Of a DNA stretch of 41,203 bases, positions 1 through 8,402 are shown piece after piece (position 1 is the stretch's first letter; each line of letters begins with the position of its first letter). A program made the translations under genes and the position numbers. Origin of the DNA: a virus (lineage: Duplodnaviria; Caudoviricetes); IMG/VR virus record IMGVR_UViG_3300022915_000004, positions 1 to 41,203 of that record. One strand, given 5' to 3'. Below the pieces are notes generated by a model. The model had not been told where the DNA came from. It worked only from the letters and a program-made list of their open reading frames with translations, and made no database searches.

Positions 1-9
1 TATGCCAAT

Positions 10-135
10 AACATTTGAAACTTCAGGATAAACAGGTTTATAAAAATTTTCTTTTTCTTCCATCAACCTACTTTCCAGAAGTTGATATTTTTGTTCCAAA
101 TATATTGTAAACCAATTGCCAATGGTGATACCATC
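10..135. repeat. Terminal direct repeat, left copy (assembly overlap of a circular contig)
   Basis: 126 bp identical to 41078-41203; bases 1-9 also match 41068-41076 but the left copy lacks the C at 41077. Confidence 0.95.
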
Positions 136-510
136 AAGTCTTTGTATATCACCATACCTTCCCATTGCACCACGACTAAAACAAATTTTAAAATCTGCAA
201 TCGATTCACCCGGATACATATTAACCAATTGATCAGAAATGAAATCTATTTGTGCCTGGTTAAGGTTTCCACTCACAGACATTAAATCGTTAAGTTTTAT
301 TAATTCAAATTGTACCATCAGCTTCACTGAGTTTTCACCAATAGCAGTTACCATTTCACAAATTTTTGGTTGATCAAATACCAATTCTATTTTTGTTGGC
401 AGAAGATTGGAAGCAGTATGAAAATCATTTGCTATTATTGCCTGACACAATTTTTTTTGCAAAATTGGATTTAAGATCGTTGTTTTGCTGTTGTCTTTTA
501 TCGGTAACAT
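10..510 (-). CDS. 5' part of a ~271-aa replication-module protein that spans the contig junction (continues 41077->40763)
   Basis: Manual translation from ATG at 510: MLPIKDNSK...DQLVNMYPGESIADFKICFSRGAMGRYGDIQRLDGITIGNWFTIYLEQKY, in frame with ORF 40763..41167; resembles the proteins that follow the initiator in Bacteroidota phages (possibly DUF6633-like). Confidence 0.75.
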
Positions 511-1267
511 TGTGCGGTGGTGTTATTATTACTTCATCATTCCATGTTTCATTTTTCAAATATCGTTCAGGGTCCTTGCGATATTGTTTATCCTTCAATG
601 CGTAATGATCCAAATGTTGCATAATTTTTTCGCGCGCGTCCTGCTGAATTGTTTGCCAAATTTTTTCGGCTTTTGTTTTACCAACATCCTTATCATATTT
701 ATTCCAAAAATCTAAAAAGGAAGGCCAAACATCAGCCGTAATTAATTTAGTTTCTTCTTCTTTTGTTTCTTCTTCTTTTATATCCTTTACTTTATTATTC
801 TTTACTATAGTATTATCTAATATACTTTGTGTGTTTCCGGGTCCTTTACTCCTACGTTTACGGCTTTTCCGGGTACGGAAACCCTTAAGCATGTGAATTA
901 ACTCCTCCCTTTTTATAATATCGTTAGTCCGTTTAGCATAGGCATCTTCAATTGATTCTATAAATTGATCACTCCAAACAATTTTTTTTACCCATAATTC
1001 AGAATCTATTTCTTTGAATTCTGCTAAATCACTTAAGAACTTCATTAAAAAGTCTTCGCTTACTTTGCAGGTGGAACATAATGTCATTAACTTTTTTCTA
1101 TTCGATAAATCCAAAAAATGAAAATCCGTTATTGCTAATGCTCTTAATATTTTTACCCATGTTGCAAACCCATCATTGCCATAAGTATTTTCTACATACT
1201 TAGTAGTTTCTCCTTCTTTGCAGATGAAAGGAAAATAGTCAACATTATTTTTTTGTCGCCTTCCCAT
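425..1267 (-). CDS. Replication initiator, Lin1244/Lin1753 (DUF4373)-like N-terminus
   Basis: MGRRQKNNVDYFPF...YGNDGFATWVKIL N-terminus, basic linker, C-terminal FLDFWNKYDKDVGKTKAEKIW...KDPERYLKNETWNDE typical of phage replisome organisers. Confidence 0.8.
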   Translation of the reverse strand: MGRRQKNNVDYFPFICKEGETTKYVENTYGNDGFATWVKILRALAITDFHFLDLSNRKKLMTLCSTCKVSEDFLMKFLSDLAEFKEIDSELWVKKIVWSDQFIESIEDAYAKRTNDIIKREELIHMLKGFRTRKSRKRRSKGPGNTQSILDNTIVKNNKVKDIKEEETKEEETKLITADVWPSFLDFWNKYDKDVGKTKAEKIWQTIQQDAREKIMQHLDHYALKDKQYRKDPERYLKNETWNDEVIITPPHNVTDKRQQQNNDLKSNFAKKIVSGNNSK

Positions 1268-1273
1268 CTTTTT

Positions 1274-1501
1274 TTACAATTGGTTTTTTAAATAATTAAA
1301 TTCATCCCTGTAAATATTTGCTTTATGAAGTTCGTCCAGTAGTATAGTCGTGTTGGCTGAAGGTTCTGCTAATTTTTTCTTGATCCGTTCAATACGTCTG
1401 TCCAATCTTTCCACAACCTTTTCTAAATCACCCGTATGAAGTAGTGAACCTTTTTGAATCACATGCTTTAATGGTCTAAGCGGTAACATTTTATTTTTCA
1501 C
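1274..1501 (-). CDS. Hypothetical protein
   Basis: 75-aa ORF packed within the early operon. Confidence 0.6.
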   Translation of the reverse strand: MKNKMLPLRPLKHVIQKGSLLHTGDLEKVVERLDRRIERIKKKLAEPSANTTILLDELHKANIYRDEFNYLKNQL

Positions 1502-2051
1502 ATTTTTCAGCTAATTCTATAAGCCATTTAGCAAAATCAATTGGTGTTTGTTCGCGTTGTTTTTTTGATAACTCCCTTTTAGTTCTTCTTCCTGATTTCT
1601 TTTTTATTCTTGAACTAACAGTATATTCAATTGCATCAAATCGAATTGGTATGGGTGGTACTTCATTTTTATTTATTCCACAGACATAAAGCAAACTTTT
1701 CTTTTCTGCTAAGTGTCCAAACCACGATTGATTAACGCAAAGACTAAAACCACCATAACAATCTGTTGTGCCTGGTTTAGGTAAAAACATTACTTTCCAC
1801 AACCTAGAATTTTTTGGATGCTCTAACACACCACCATTTTTTCTTATCAAGTTGATAGACCAAATTGCTAAATCATTTTCTCCTGCAAGTGGTTTAGATA
1901 GGTGAGACATATTAGACCACGATCTACAAGGTGGATGGCAGATTACAGGACCATCACCATTATAATTTCTTGCATCCCTTTCAATATCCCAACAATCACA
2001 ACCAAGTGTTTTATAAATGCTATCTACCCGGGTGAACAAAACAGAAATCAC
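1491..2051 (-). CDS. Short C5-cytosine DNA methyltransferase-like protein
   Basis: Motif IV-like VICHPPC, motif VI-like VLEHP, motif VIII-like NQSWFGHLAEKKSLLY, C-terminal REQTPIDFAKWL; start reassigned to GTG 2051 overlapping the upstream stop. Confidence 0.65.
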   Translation of the reverse strand: MISVLFTRVDSIYKTLGCDCWDIERDARNYNGDGPVICHPPCRSWSNMSHLSKPLAGENDLAIWSINLIRKNGGVLEHPKNSRLWKVMFLPKPGTTDCYGGFSLCVNQSWFGHLAEKKSLLYVCGINKNEVPPIPIRFDAIEYTVSSRIKKKSGRRTKRELSKKQREQTPIDFAKWLIELAEKCEK

Positions 2052-2233
2052 AAAACAACATTTTTCATGTAGTCCCAAAATCCTAAAACTTTCAATAGCC
2101 ACAGAGCTAATAAAATAATAACAGCAATGTTCAGTAAGTTTTTTATACTAGGTTGCATTGGTACATACTTGTTAATTAGGTATAGTGCAACACCAACAAC
2201 AACTAGTGTTAATATTATCGTTAATAATGGCAT
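2048..2233 (-). CDS. Small two-TM membrane protein, Thivi_2564 family-like
   Basis: MPLLTIILTLVVVGVALYLINKYVPMQPSIKNLLNIAVII...LWLL pattern. Confidence 0.75.
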   Translation of the reverse strand: MPLLTIILTLVVVGVALYLINKYVPMQPSIKNLLNIAVIILLALWLLKVLGFWDYMKNVVL

Positions 2234-2237
2234 AGGT

Positions 2238-2462
2238 TTAATGTTTAGGTTTTATTTTTTCTTGTTCAATCCAATAAGCTTCATGCTTCACGTGGAAATA
2301 TTTTTTTTTCTTCCCTTCAAAAAGTGCTGCTTTGGTTTCTTCTTCATTAAGAATTACCATTTCAATCTTCGCTTGATTCTGTTCTACTATCAGATTCATT
2401 GTTAACCATAGTTGGAATAACACCATCAGGAAAAATCCACAACCAATAAATATTATGATCAT
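2238..2462 (-). CDS. Hypothetical protein (true start probably downstream of 2462)
   Basis: ORF fills the gap in the operon; 5' part overlaps the upstream gene. Confidence 0.45.
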   Translation of the reverse strand: MIIIFIGCGFFLMVLFQLWLTMNLIVEQNQAKIEMVILNEEETKAALFEGKKKKYFHVKHEAYWIEQEKIKPKH

Positions 2463-2781
2463 TAATTAATTCACTTTCTTTTGGATAATATTCAATGGCT
2501 GTTACTTCTTTGCCGAACAATTCATTTTTTATTTTTTGAATTTCACTCCAATGATTAAGTATAGGAGTATCATTATTTTTTTGAATCATTGCACGAATAG
2601 CATTACCGGCTGTAGTTGGTGAATTATCATCTATCATTACGACATAACGATTATTGGAAAATGCTCTAGTCATCCATTTCGGTTTAAAGCGAAGTGATAA
2701 ATCAATTTCTTTCCAAGGTCCAACAGGCATTTTCAATCTTCTGTTAGCTTCCTTTATTCGTTCATGAATCAGTGATCCCAT
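2362..2781 (-). CDS. Conserved phage protein (DUF7694-like)
   Basis: WSEIQKIKNELFGKEVTAIEYYPKESELINDHNIYWLW motif. Confidence 0.6.
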   Translation of the reverse strand: MGSLIHERIKEANRRLKMPVGPWKEIDLSLRFKPKWMTRAFSNNRYVVMIDDNSPTTAGNAIRAMIQKNNDTPILNHWSEIQKIKNELFGKEVTAIEYYPKESELINDHNIYWLWIFPDGVIPTMVNNESDSRTESSED

Positions 2782-2785
2782 AATT

Positions 2786-3079
2786 TCAATTTAGTTTACT
2801 TATGCTTTCATTTTCCTTCATTAACTCCTGAAGCCTTAACAGGAATTTAATTTCTTTAACCTTCTTCAAAATGTTTTTTTCTTCTTCTGCCTTGTGCTTC
2901 TTAGCTTCCAGCTTTAGATAGATCATTGATATAATAAAATAATAGATAGCACCAATCCATAATGGTGCAGTGATCCACCACCACGACCAATCAATAGTAT
3001 GTGTTAATTTCAGAGTAAGTAAAACGGTGAAGATTACACCACGTGAACCAATGCCATTGGAAGATTTATTATTGTCCAT
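2786..3079 (-). CDS. Small phage membrane protein
   Basis: LKLTHTIDWSWWWITAPLWI motif common in phage membrane proteins; two hydrophobic segments. Confidence 0.7.
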   Translation of the reverse strand: MDNNKSSNGIGSRGVIFTVLLTLKLTHTIDWSWWWITAPLWIGAIYYFIISMIYLKLEAKKHKAEEEKNILKKVKEIKFLLRLQELMKENESISKLN

Positions 3080-3193
3080 ACAAAAATTTAAATTAGATTT
3101 TTAAATTTCTATGGGGGCATTGTTGGGTTAAGCTGAAGGTGGATTAATTGACCACAATCAAAGGTTGAACTAACCGTTCCCTTCAGCTTAATA

Positions 3194-3337
3194 TCATTTA
3201 ATCAAACCAATAATTACCTGCTTATACTTTACAAGTAGCAGGATAATATTTATAATGATGATACAGCATAAAACTGCAAAAGGAAACAATAACAAAATCA
3301 TTGTTTCCTTTGAAGGTGTGTTTTTAATTTTACCCAT
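3194..3337 (-). CDS. 47-aa single-TM peptide (below ORF track cut-off)
   Basis: MGKIKNTPSKETMILLLFPFAVLCCIIIINIILLLVKYKQVIIGLIK, manual translation. Confidence 0.45.
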   Translation of the reverse strand: MGKIKNTPSKETMILLLFPFAVLCCIIIINIILLLVKYKQVIIGLIK

Positions 3338-3443
3338 GCCATTAATCGTTTTAAAATTGATTTACGATATAACCGCTCTAATGCCTTACTTTGTAATTCC
3401 GGCGTTAAAGTGATAGGGGCATATTTTGGAAAAGCATATCGGC

Positions 3444-4175
3444 TCAAGCTGCTTTTTTATTTTCCTTAAAACTAAACTCATTTAAAAACTCCCTGCATTC
3501 TTTCACACGTGTATGTGCACGTTCAATCATTTCATCGTTGCGACTGAAATTAAATTCAAAATATCTTTCTTCCATTGGAATGTCTTTGAAAGTCATATTC
3601 TTTTCAATTTGTGCACACTGCTTTAAGAATTCAGGATTTGCTTCAGGGTCAATGACATTCATAGCCCATTGCAATTTCCTTTTAGCATCATTGATCAAAT
3701 GTACAGGAGTATCAACCAAGCAATACACTAGGTTAGCACTAGTTGCACCCGTTAAATCCATGTATGCCTGTAGCTGCCATTCATACTTCTTATTCAACGG
3801 ATCAGCAAATACATTGAAGAAGGTGAACACATCCCAACTAGTTTTAATGTCTAATACTTTTTTTGCTTTACGAATTTCAGGACCATCAAATAAATCCGGT
3901 GTACCAATGAAGAAATCATTTTCAATTGTTTCCGTGTTCTTCCTATGGAATTTTTTTGTGACAAGTGAATAAAGGGTTATGCTTTCTTCTTCCTGAAGTG
4001 TTCCCTTTTCCATGTACTTGTTATAAAAATCTTTCGTGCGTTGATAGCGTTCAGCTATGTAACATTCGATTAAATGTTTTTTGCACGTTTCCCCTAGTTG
4101 GTCCTTCACTTTCGAATCAGTCATTATAAGACCTAAACTAGACGGGTGAAATTTGTAGTTATCAAAGTGTTTCAT
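3444..4175 (-). CDS. YqaJ/lambda-exonuclease family recombination nuclease
   Basis: PSSLG, MEKGTLQEEE, GTPD, LDIKTSW, YEWQLQAYM motifs; directly follows RecT. Confidence 0.88.
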   Translation of the reverse strand: MKHFDNYKFHPSSLGLIMTDSKVKDQLGETCKKHLIECYIAERYQRTKDFYNKYMEKGTLQEEESITLYSLVTKKFHRKNTETIENDFFIGTPDLFDGPEIRKAKKVLDIKTSWDVFTFFNVFADPLNKKYEWQLQAYMDLTGATSANLVYCLVDTPVHLINDAKRKLQWAMNVIDPEANPEFLKQCAQIEKNMTFKDIPMEERYFEFNFSRNDEMIERAHTRVKECREFLNEFSFKENKKAA

Positions 4176-5095
4176 TTTGTTAGGGGTTTAAGTTTATCAC
4201 TTTCTTTAAGTTGTGCACGTTTAGCATCAAAAATTTCAATCTGTTTTTTGTCGATGTGTTCACCTAATTGATCCAATTCATCAACGGTCTTTGCTTGATC
4301 AATCATTAACAACATTCTTTCATGTTCTGGATCACCTTCAATTTCTGATGGTTCATTGTCTGCATAGGTGAAATCTGTACCATCATCATTATTAATAATA
4401 GCCTGATCTAATACAATTGCTTTCTGAATATCAACAGACAATGGTGCCCATTTAGAAAGGAGTAATTTTATAACAGTCTTTAAAGCCATTGAATCAAATT
4501 TATCAACCCATAGACCTTTACCACGTTGAAAAGTTTTGCTATACTCCTTACCATGCTTTACAAGTTCTTCAACAGTCAGATAAAACGTTTTTTCAAATCC
4601 GTTTAACAGTTTGAAATAGGAAGCATAACCAATAACCTTATCAGATTTTTTTGCTTTGAAATCGAAAACAAAACCCGTCAAAGGATTTTCTTCTACTATT
4701 TGACCTTCAAAAATTGGTGCTGCTGCTAACGTTTGATACATTCCGGTGCGTTGTGCCAATTGGATAAAACCTTTGTATCCCATTTGAAACTGTGCAACAC
4801 ATTTTTTATCCTTCAGGTATTTTCCGTTTTCATCTTTGACCGACAAATTGTAAGGAACAATATAAGCGAAGCCTAAACTATTGTTAAGAGGTAAATCTAA
4901 GGTAGCAGCTACAGCGGCAGAATGATAAACGCTGTAAGGGTCAGCTTCAGCAAGTAGTTCATTTGATGAAACGATTTGTAAAACTGATGTGATAAATCCG
5001 GTTGCACGTTTACCTAACATGCTCTGAAATTTTTGCCTTACTTCATCACGGGCAAATAAATTTTTCACTGATAGTTGTGATTGGGGACTACTCAT
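4172..5095 (-). CDS. recT: RecT-family ssDNA annealing recombinase
   Basis: AATLDLPLNNSLGFAYIVPY, AQFQMGYKGFIQLAQRTG, FDSMALKTVIKLLLSKWAPLS. Confidence 0.93.
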   Translation of the reverse strand: MSSPQSQLSVKNLFARDEVRQKFQSMLGKRATGFITSVLQIVSSNELLAEADPYSVYHSAAVAATLDLPLNNSLGFAYIVPYNLSVKDENGKYLKDKKCVAQFQMGYKGFIQLAQRTGMYQTLAAAPIFEGQIVEENPLTGFVFDFKAKKSDKVIGYASYFKLLNGFEKTFYLTVEELVKHGKEYSKTFQRGKGLWVDKFDSMALKTVIKLLLSKWAPLSVDIQKAIVLDQAIINNDDGTDFTYADNEPSEIEGDPEHERMLLMIDQAKTVDELDQLGEHIDKKQIEIFDAKRAQLKESDKLKPLTK

Positions 5096-5100
5096 AATAT

Positions 5101-5445
5101 TTAGTTTATGGTTATATCTTCGATATGAAGATTACTTGTTAAAAACATTTTATGAAGGATTTTTTTGTAAAGAGTAAACAACCTTCTTGCAGCACGTAAA
5201 GAAATATCTGCTTTGTGTTGTGCCTTTGCAATGCTCTGATGATTTACAAAAGGATATTCACGCCATTTACCAGACATTAAAACAGCCATTTCTTTTTCAG
5301 CAATAGCCTGTTGGCGTGAAAATTTTTTATAAGCACGTTTAGACAATTCAAAAATTGCTTGTGCTTTAATGAGAAGCCGATTCTGATTTTCATACACTAT
5401 AGAATCAGATAGTGTTTGTGTAATAATTGAAGTTTGCATGTTCAT
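5101..5445 (-). CDS. Hypothetical protein
   Basis: 114-aa ORF in early operon. Confidence 0.65.
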   Translation of the reverse strand: MNMQTSIITQTLSDSIVYENQNRLLIKAQAIFELSKRAYKKFSRQQAIAEKEMAVLMSGKWREYPFVNHQSIAKAQHKADISLRAARRLFTLYKKILHKMFLTSNLHIEDITIN

Positions 5446-5462
5446 TTATTGTAGGGGTTAAT

Positions 5463-5639
5463 TTATTTTAAGTGAGGTAAATGGGTATTTACTTTGCCGT
5501 TTGGAGTAAGTTCCAACACGATAGAATAAAACCCGGGTGATGCAACATTTCTAAGAATGAAATATTGATTAGCTAATTCTCTAACTTCATCAAATGATGG
5601 TGAGTAATTAAAATTGATAAGTGTTCCGTAGTGATTCAT
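5463..5639 (-). CDS. 58-aa hypothetical protein (below ORF track cut-off)
   Basis: MNHYGTLINFNYSPSFDEVRELANQYF...HLK fills the gap between flanking genes. Confidence 0.55.
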   Translation of the reverse strand: MNHYGTLINFNYSPSFDEVRELANQYFILRNVASPGFYSIVLELTPNGKVNTHLPHLK

Positions 5640-5646
5640 AAATTTT

Positions 5647-5877
5647 TTATTTGCTGTAACCTTGTTCCAATACTCTTTTATTATCCAATCCCTTCTTTAT
5701 TAAGGCTGCAAGGATTTTGACATTATAAGCACGAAGTTTTTTTACACGGCTTACATAATTCCTATCGTTTTTTGTTAGTGCTGCAACCCTTGTTACATCA
5801 CCTTTTTGTAAATAGTCCAAAGCTGAAATGTCTATCCCTTCAGGTACCATCCGTTTAGCAGTTGTTTTGGTGGACAT
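5647..5877 (-). CDS. Cro-like HTH regulator
   Basis: GDVTRVAALTKNDRNYVSRVKK helix-turn-helix-like segment; first gene divergent from the repressor. Confidence 0.6.
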   Translation of the reverse strand: MSTKTTAKRMVPEGIDISALDYLQKGDVTRVAALTKNDRNYVSRVKKLRAYNVKILAALIKKGLDNKRVLEQGYSK

Positions 5878-5898
5878 AATTTTATTTTGCTATGTTTG
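5866..5898 (+). promoter_or_regulatory. Bacteroidota sigma-ABfr-type promoter for the repressor
   Basis: TTTG (5866-5869), 21-bp spacer, TATGTTTG (5891-5898) matching TAnnTTTG. Confidence 0.65.
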
Positions 5899-5970
5899 TA
5901 CTACAATTAATTGTAATCGGTCATAAATCCGATTAATATTGTGCTAAGTTAGCACAATGTAGTAACATTG
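5896..5970. promoter_or_regulatory. Genetic-switch operator region
   Basis: Overlapping palindromes TTGTA-C-TACAA, AATCGG-N8-CCGATT, ATTGTGCTAA-G-TTAGCACAAT (5938-5958), CAATGT-AGTA-ACATTG between divergent HTH genes. Confidence 0.65.
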
Positions 5971-5980
5971 CAAACACACT

Positions 5981-6325
5981 ATGAAAAATATTTCTATATC
6001 AGGAAAATTGCTTGCCATTTACCGTGAAAAGGCAGGATTATCACAGGAAGATTTGGCCAAAACATTAGGAGTAGCGAGAACAACGGTAACAATTTGGGAA
6101 AGGAAAGAACCGATAAAAATCAGCGAAAAACAGGAAAAAGTAATAAATAAAGCCTTAAATGTAACTACAGACCTATTAAGCGTTTCAGCCCCTACCGAAC
6201 AGCCAAAAGCGGATATAATGGATCATCCGGTGATAAAATCATTGGTTGCACAATCAGAATATTTAATGAAAAGAATTGCAGAACTAGAGGACGAAAATAA
6301 AAAATTAAGATCACGAAAAACCTAA
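5981..6325 (+). CDS. XRE/CI-like repressor (HTH_3) with C-terminal coiled coil
   Basis: LAIYREKAGLSQEDLAKTLGVARTTVTIWER; no S24 peptidase domain. Confidence 0.88.
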   Translation: MKNISISGKLLAIYREKAGLSQEDLAKTLGVARTTVTIWERKEPIKISEKQEKVINKALNVTTDLLSVSAPTEQPKADIMDHPVIKSLVAQSEYLMKRIAELEDENKKLRSRKT

Positions 6326-6592
6326 TAATACAATAAGTCGTTCGGCGTAAATCTTAAACATGCTAGTGTTAAATTTTTCAGATTTATCTATAGGGGTGAT
6401 AGATTTAAGCATTGCATTCTTTAACTGATCCGTAAATATTTTTGGATCAATCCCTGCTTCACAAAATGATTTAATCAAACGTTCGGATTTCACGCTTTCA
6501 TTCATACACATTTTTGTTTGTGGGGGGTGGAGTGAAAAATAAGGTTTCGGACACACCACTATAAACGGTTGTAATGCTGTAGGGGGAAACAA
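6311..6592 (-). CDS. Hypothetical protein (start uncertain)
   Basis: 93-aa ORF convergent on the repressor. Confidence 0.4.
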   Translation of the reverse strand: MFPPTALQPFIVVCPKPYFSLHPPQTKMCMNESVKSERLIKSFCEAGIDPKIFTDQLKNAMLKSITPIDKSEKFNTSMFKIYAERLIVLLGFS

Positions 6593-6644
6593 TTATAGTA
6601 AATTAATATTACTTAAGTAATTGTTAACACAAGTTTTTTTTGTG

Positions 6645-6675
6645 AAAAAATAAGGCAACCTTATGATTGCCTTTT
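6645..6675 (-). terminator. Intrinsic terminator downstream of the integrase
   Basis: AAGGCAA-N8-TTGCCTT hairpin flanked by A-run and T-run. Confidence 0.55.
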
Positions 6676-6702
6676 AATATGATAGTGATTGTTAAAGAAT
6701 TA

Positions 6703-6896
6703 CTATAACCCTTCGCTTAATTTCTTTTTTCTTTTAAGGCAAAACCACGTAAATATCTTTCTGTTGCTGATATTGATGAACACCCGCACACAATAGGTTT
6801 TTGAAGTTCAAAATCTTCTGGCAGTTGCTGCATAAAAAGCTGCACATAAGAAGGTGTTACCGTGTTACTCATTTTAGTTTTTCTTTTCTTCTTCAT
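6703..6896 (-). pseudogene. 59-aa ORF (6896-6717) ending in a frameshifted relic of a tyrosine-integrase C-terminus
   Basis: GCSSISATERYLRGFALK then, one base out of frame, RKKKLSEGL-stop; parallels integrase end AHGSAATTEVYKHGFSLKRKKKFSQGL-stop. Confidence 0.7.
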
Positions 6897-6909
6897 AGTG
6901 TTTATAAAA

Positions 6910-8214
6910 TTATAATCCCTGACTGAATTTCTTTTTTCTCTTCAAAGAAAATCCATGTTTGTATACTTCCGTTGTAGCTGCTGATCCGTGTGCAAGTGCA
7001 TCCTGAAGTTCTTCAGTTGATGCACCTAATTCAATATACTGATATGAAAATGAATGTCGTAAAACATAAGTCGTTACACGTATAGATAATTTTAATTCCT
7101 TTGATACAATTCTTAGTACATCATTTATATCATCTACCAAATCACGGATTTTATAGAACATTGTTTTTTCATCCATGTTTAAATCAAGAATTGGAAATAC
7201 ATAATCATTAGGAATTAATGAACGTTTACTATGCTTCTTAATAACCTGCTGCATAACAGGGTGCATTGGGATGGTCATTTTTTTATCTTTCTTCTTTCTG
7301 CCTTTACTTTTTTGTCGGAAGATACTAACGTGATCATCAAAGACATTATTTCTTTTTAGTCGTGCAAAATCGGAAACGTTAATACCATGTGAGTAATAAA
7401 TATATTTTGCATACTCATACAACCTCATGTGTTTTTCATTTTTAGTTGACCACGAAAGAAATAAATCTTTTTCTTCAGTTTCTAAAAATCCGTGTCCATC
7501 ACCATCACCTTCTGGAATTAAATATAGATCATCAGCAATACCAACATACGCTACATCATTAGTTTGAAATGGATAAATTCTTACTGGTATAATTCCTTTT
7601 TTAATTGCCCTGTTAAAAATGTGTCTAAGATTACGCATGTGAATTCCTACTGTTGTAAGTGATCTTTTATTTTCACCATAATCTTGTTCAATATACCAAT
7701 CTTCATATTTCTGTAGTGTATCAGGAGTTAGCATGTTGAAGGTGAATTTATCATTACCAAAAAATTCAGTTAATGAATAAAGAGTAGTACCGTATTTTTC
7801 TTTACTACTAATTTTCTTTTTTTCGTCTAACTCTTGGATTTTTTCTTTAATATGGATAGCAACACATTCTACATTATAGTCTGATAAGAAATAGACCTCA
7901 AATTGTTCTTGCGTGGTAACGTCCATTTCTTCGATAATAGTGCGTGCACGTTTTTCAATGTCATCTAACCTATCACGCAAATCTTGAATCAATACAGTTA
8001 TACGCTTTGCTTTTCTATCTTGGTATAGATCAAAATCTTCCAGTGTGCAGTATACATTTGTTTTATAGGAACATCTTTTCCGTTCCATCACACCATTATT
8101 AAAGACCTTAAAATTTACCCAAAGTTTGACGTGATACTTCCCTTTGTTTTCGCCGGTTGTAGTCATACGCCTAGACTCAATTTGAATGTAGCAAGTAGCT
8201 TTTTCCATGTGCAT
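6910..8214 (-). CDS. int: Tyrosine integrase, Bacteroidota type
   Basis: SAM-like domain (SLTTVGIHMRNLRHIFNRAIKKG), RQK, YVLRHSF, LAHGSAATTEVY; adjacent to attP. Confidence 0.93.
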   Translation of the reverse strand: MHMEKATCYIQIESRRMTTTGENKGKYHVKLWVNFKVFNNGVMERKRCSYKTNVYCTLEDFDLYQDRKAKRITVLIQDLRDRLDDIEKRARTIIEEMDVTTQEQFEVYFLSDYNVECVAIHIKEKIQELDEKKKISSKEKYGTTLYSLTEFFGNDKFTFNMLTPDTLQKYEDWYIEQDYGENKRSLTTVGIHMRNLRHIFNRAIKKGIIPVRIYPFQTNDVAYVGIADDLYLIPEGDGDGHGFLETEEKDLFLSWSTKNEKHMRLYEYAKYIYYSHGINVSDFARLKRNNVFDDHVSIFRQKSKGRKKKDKKMTIPMHPVMQQVIKKHSKRSLIPNDYVFPILDLNMDEKTMFYKIRDLVDDINDVLRIVSKELKLSIRVTTYVLRHSFSYQYIELGASTEELQDALAHGSAATTEVYKHGFSLKRKKKFSQGL

Positions 8215-8227
8215 TAGTAGTTTAAAT

Positions 8228-8276
8228 TGTTCACCAATTGTTCACCATGTTCACCATGTTCACCAATTGTTCACCC
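8228..8276. repeat. Integrase arm-type sites, left cluster
   Basis: TGTTCACCA at 8228, 8239, 8248, 8257 and TGTTCACCC at 8268. Confidence 0.8.
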
Positions 8277-8283
8277 AAATGTA
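8276..8283 (-). promoter_or_regulatory. -7 element of the integrase promoter
   Basis: TACATTTG on the minus strand = TAnnTTTG, about 60 bp upstream of int. Confidence 0.55.
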
Positions 8284-8402
8284 GCATTTTTTCCGATTTT
8301 GTTACTACAACATAAGCACAATAAAAGCAGCGTTATCACCTCTGATAATCAACGATATACCATATTTTAAAATAAAAATGCACTTTCATTGTAACTACAA
8401 AT

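Noticed and set aside
750-880. Replication-origin iterons in the initiator linker (TTTCCGGGT x2; KEEET-coding repeat)
   Set aside because: Plausible location, but only two short copies; too weak to call as a feature
6720-6740. Programmed -1 frameshift at AAAAAAG restoring the relic integrase tail
   Set aside because: The heptamer is not phased as X-XXY-YYZ in the ORF frame; a simple deletion is more likely
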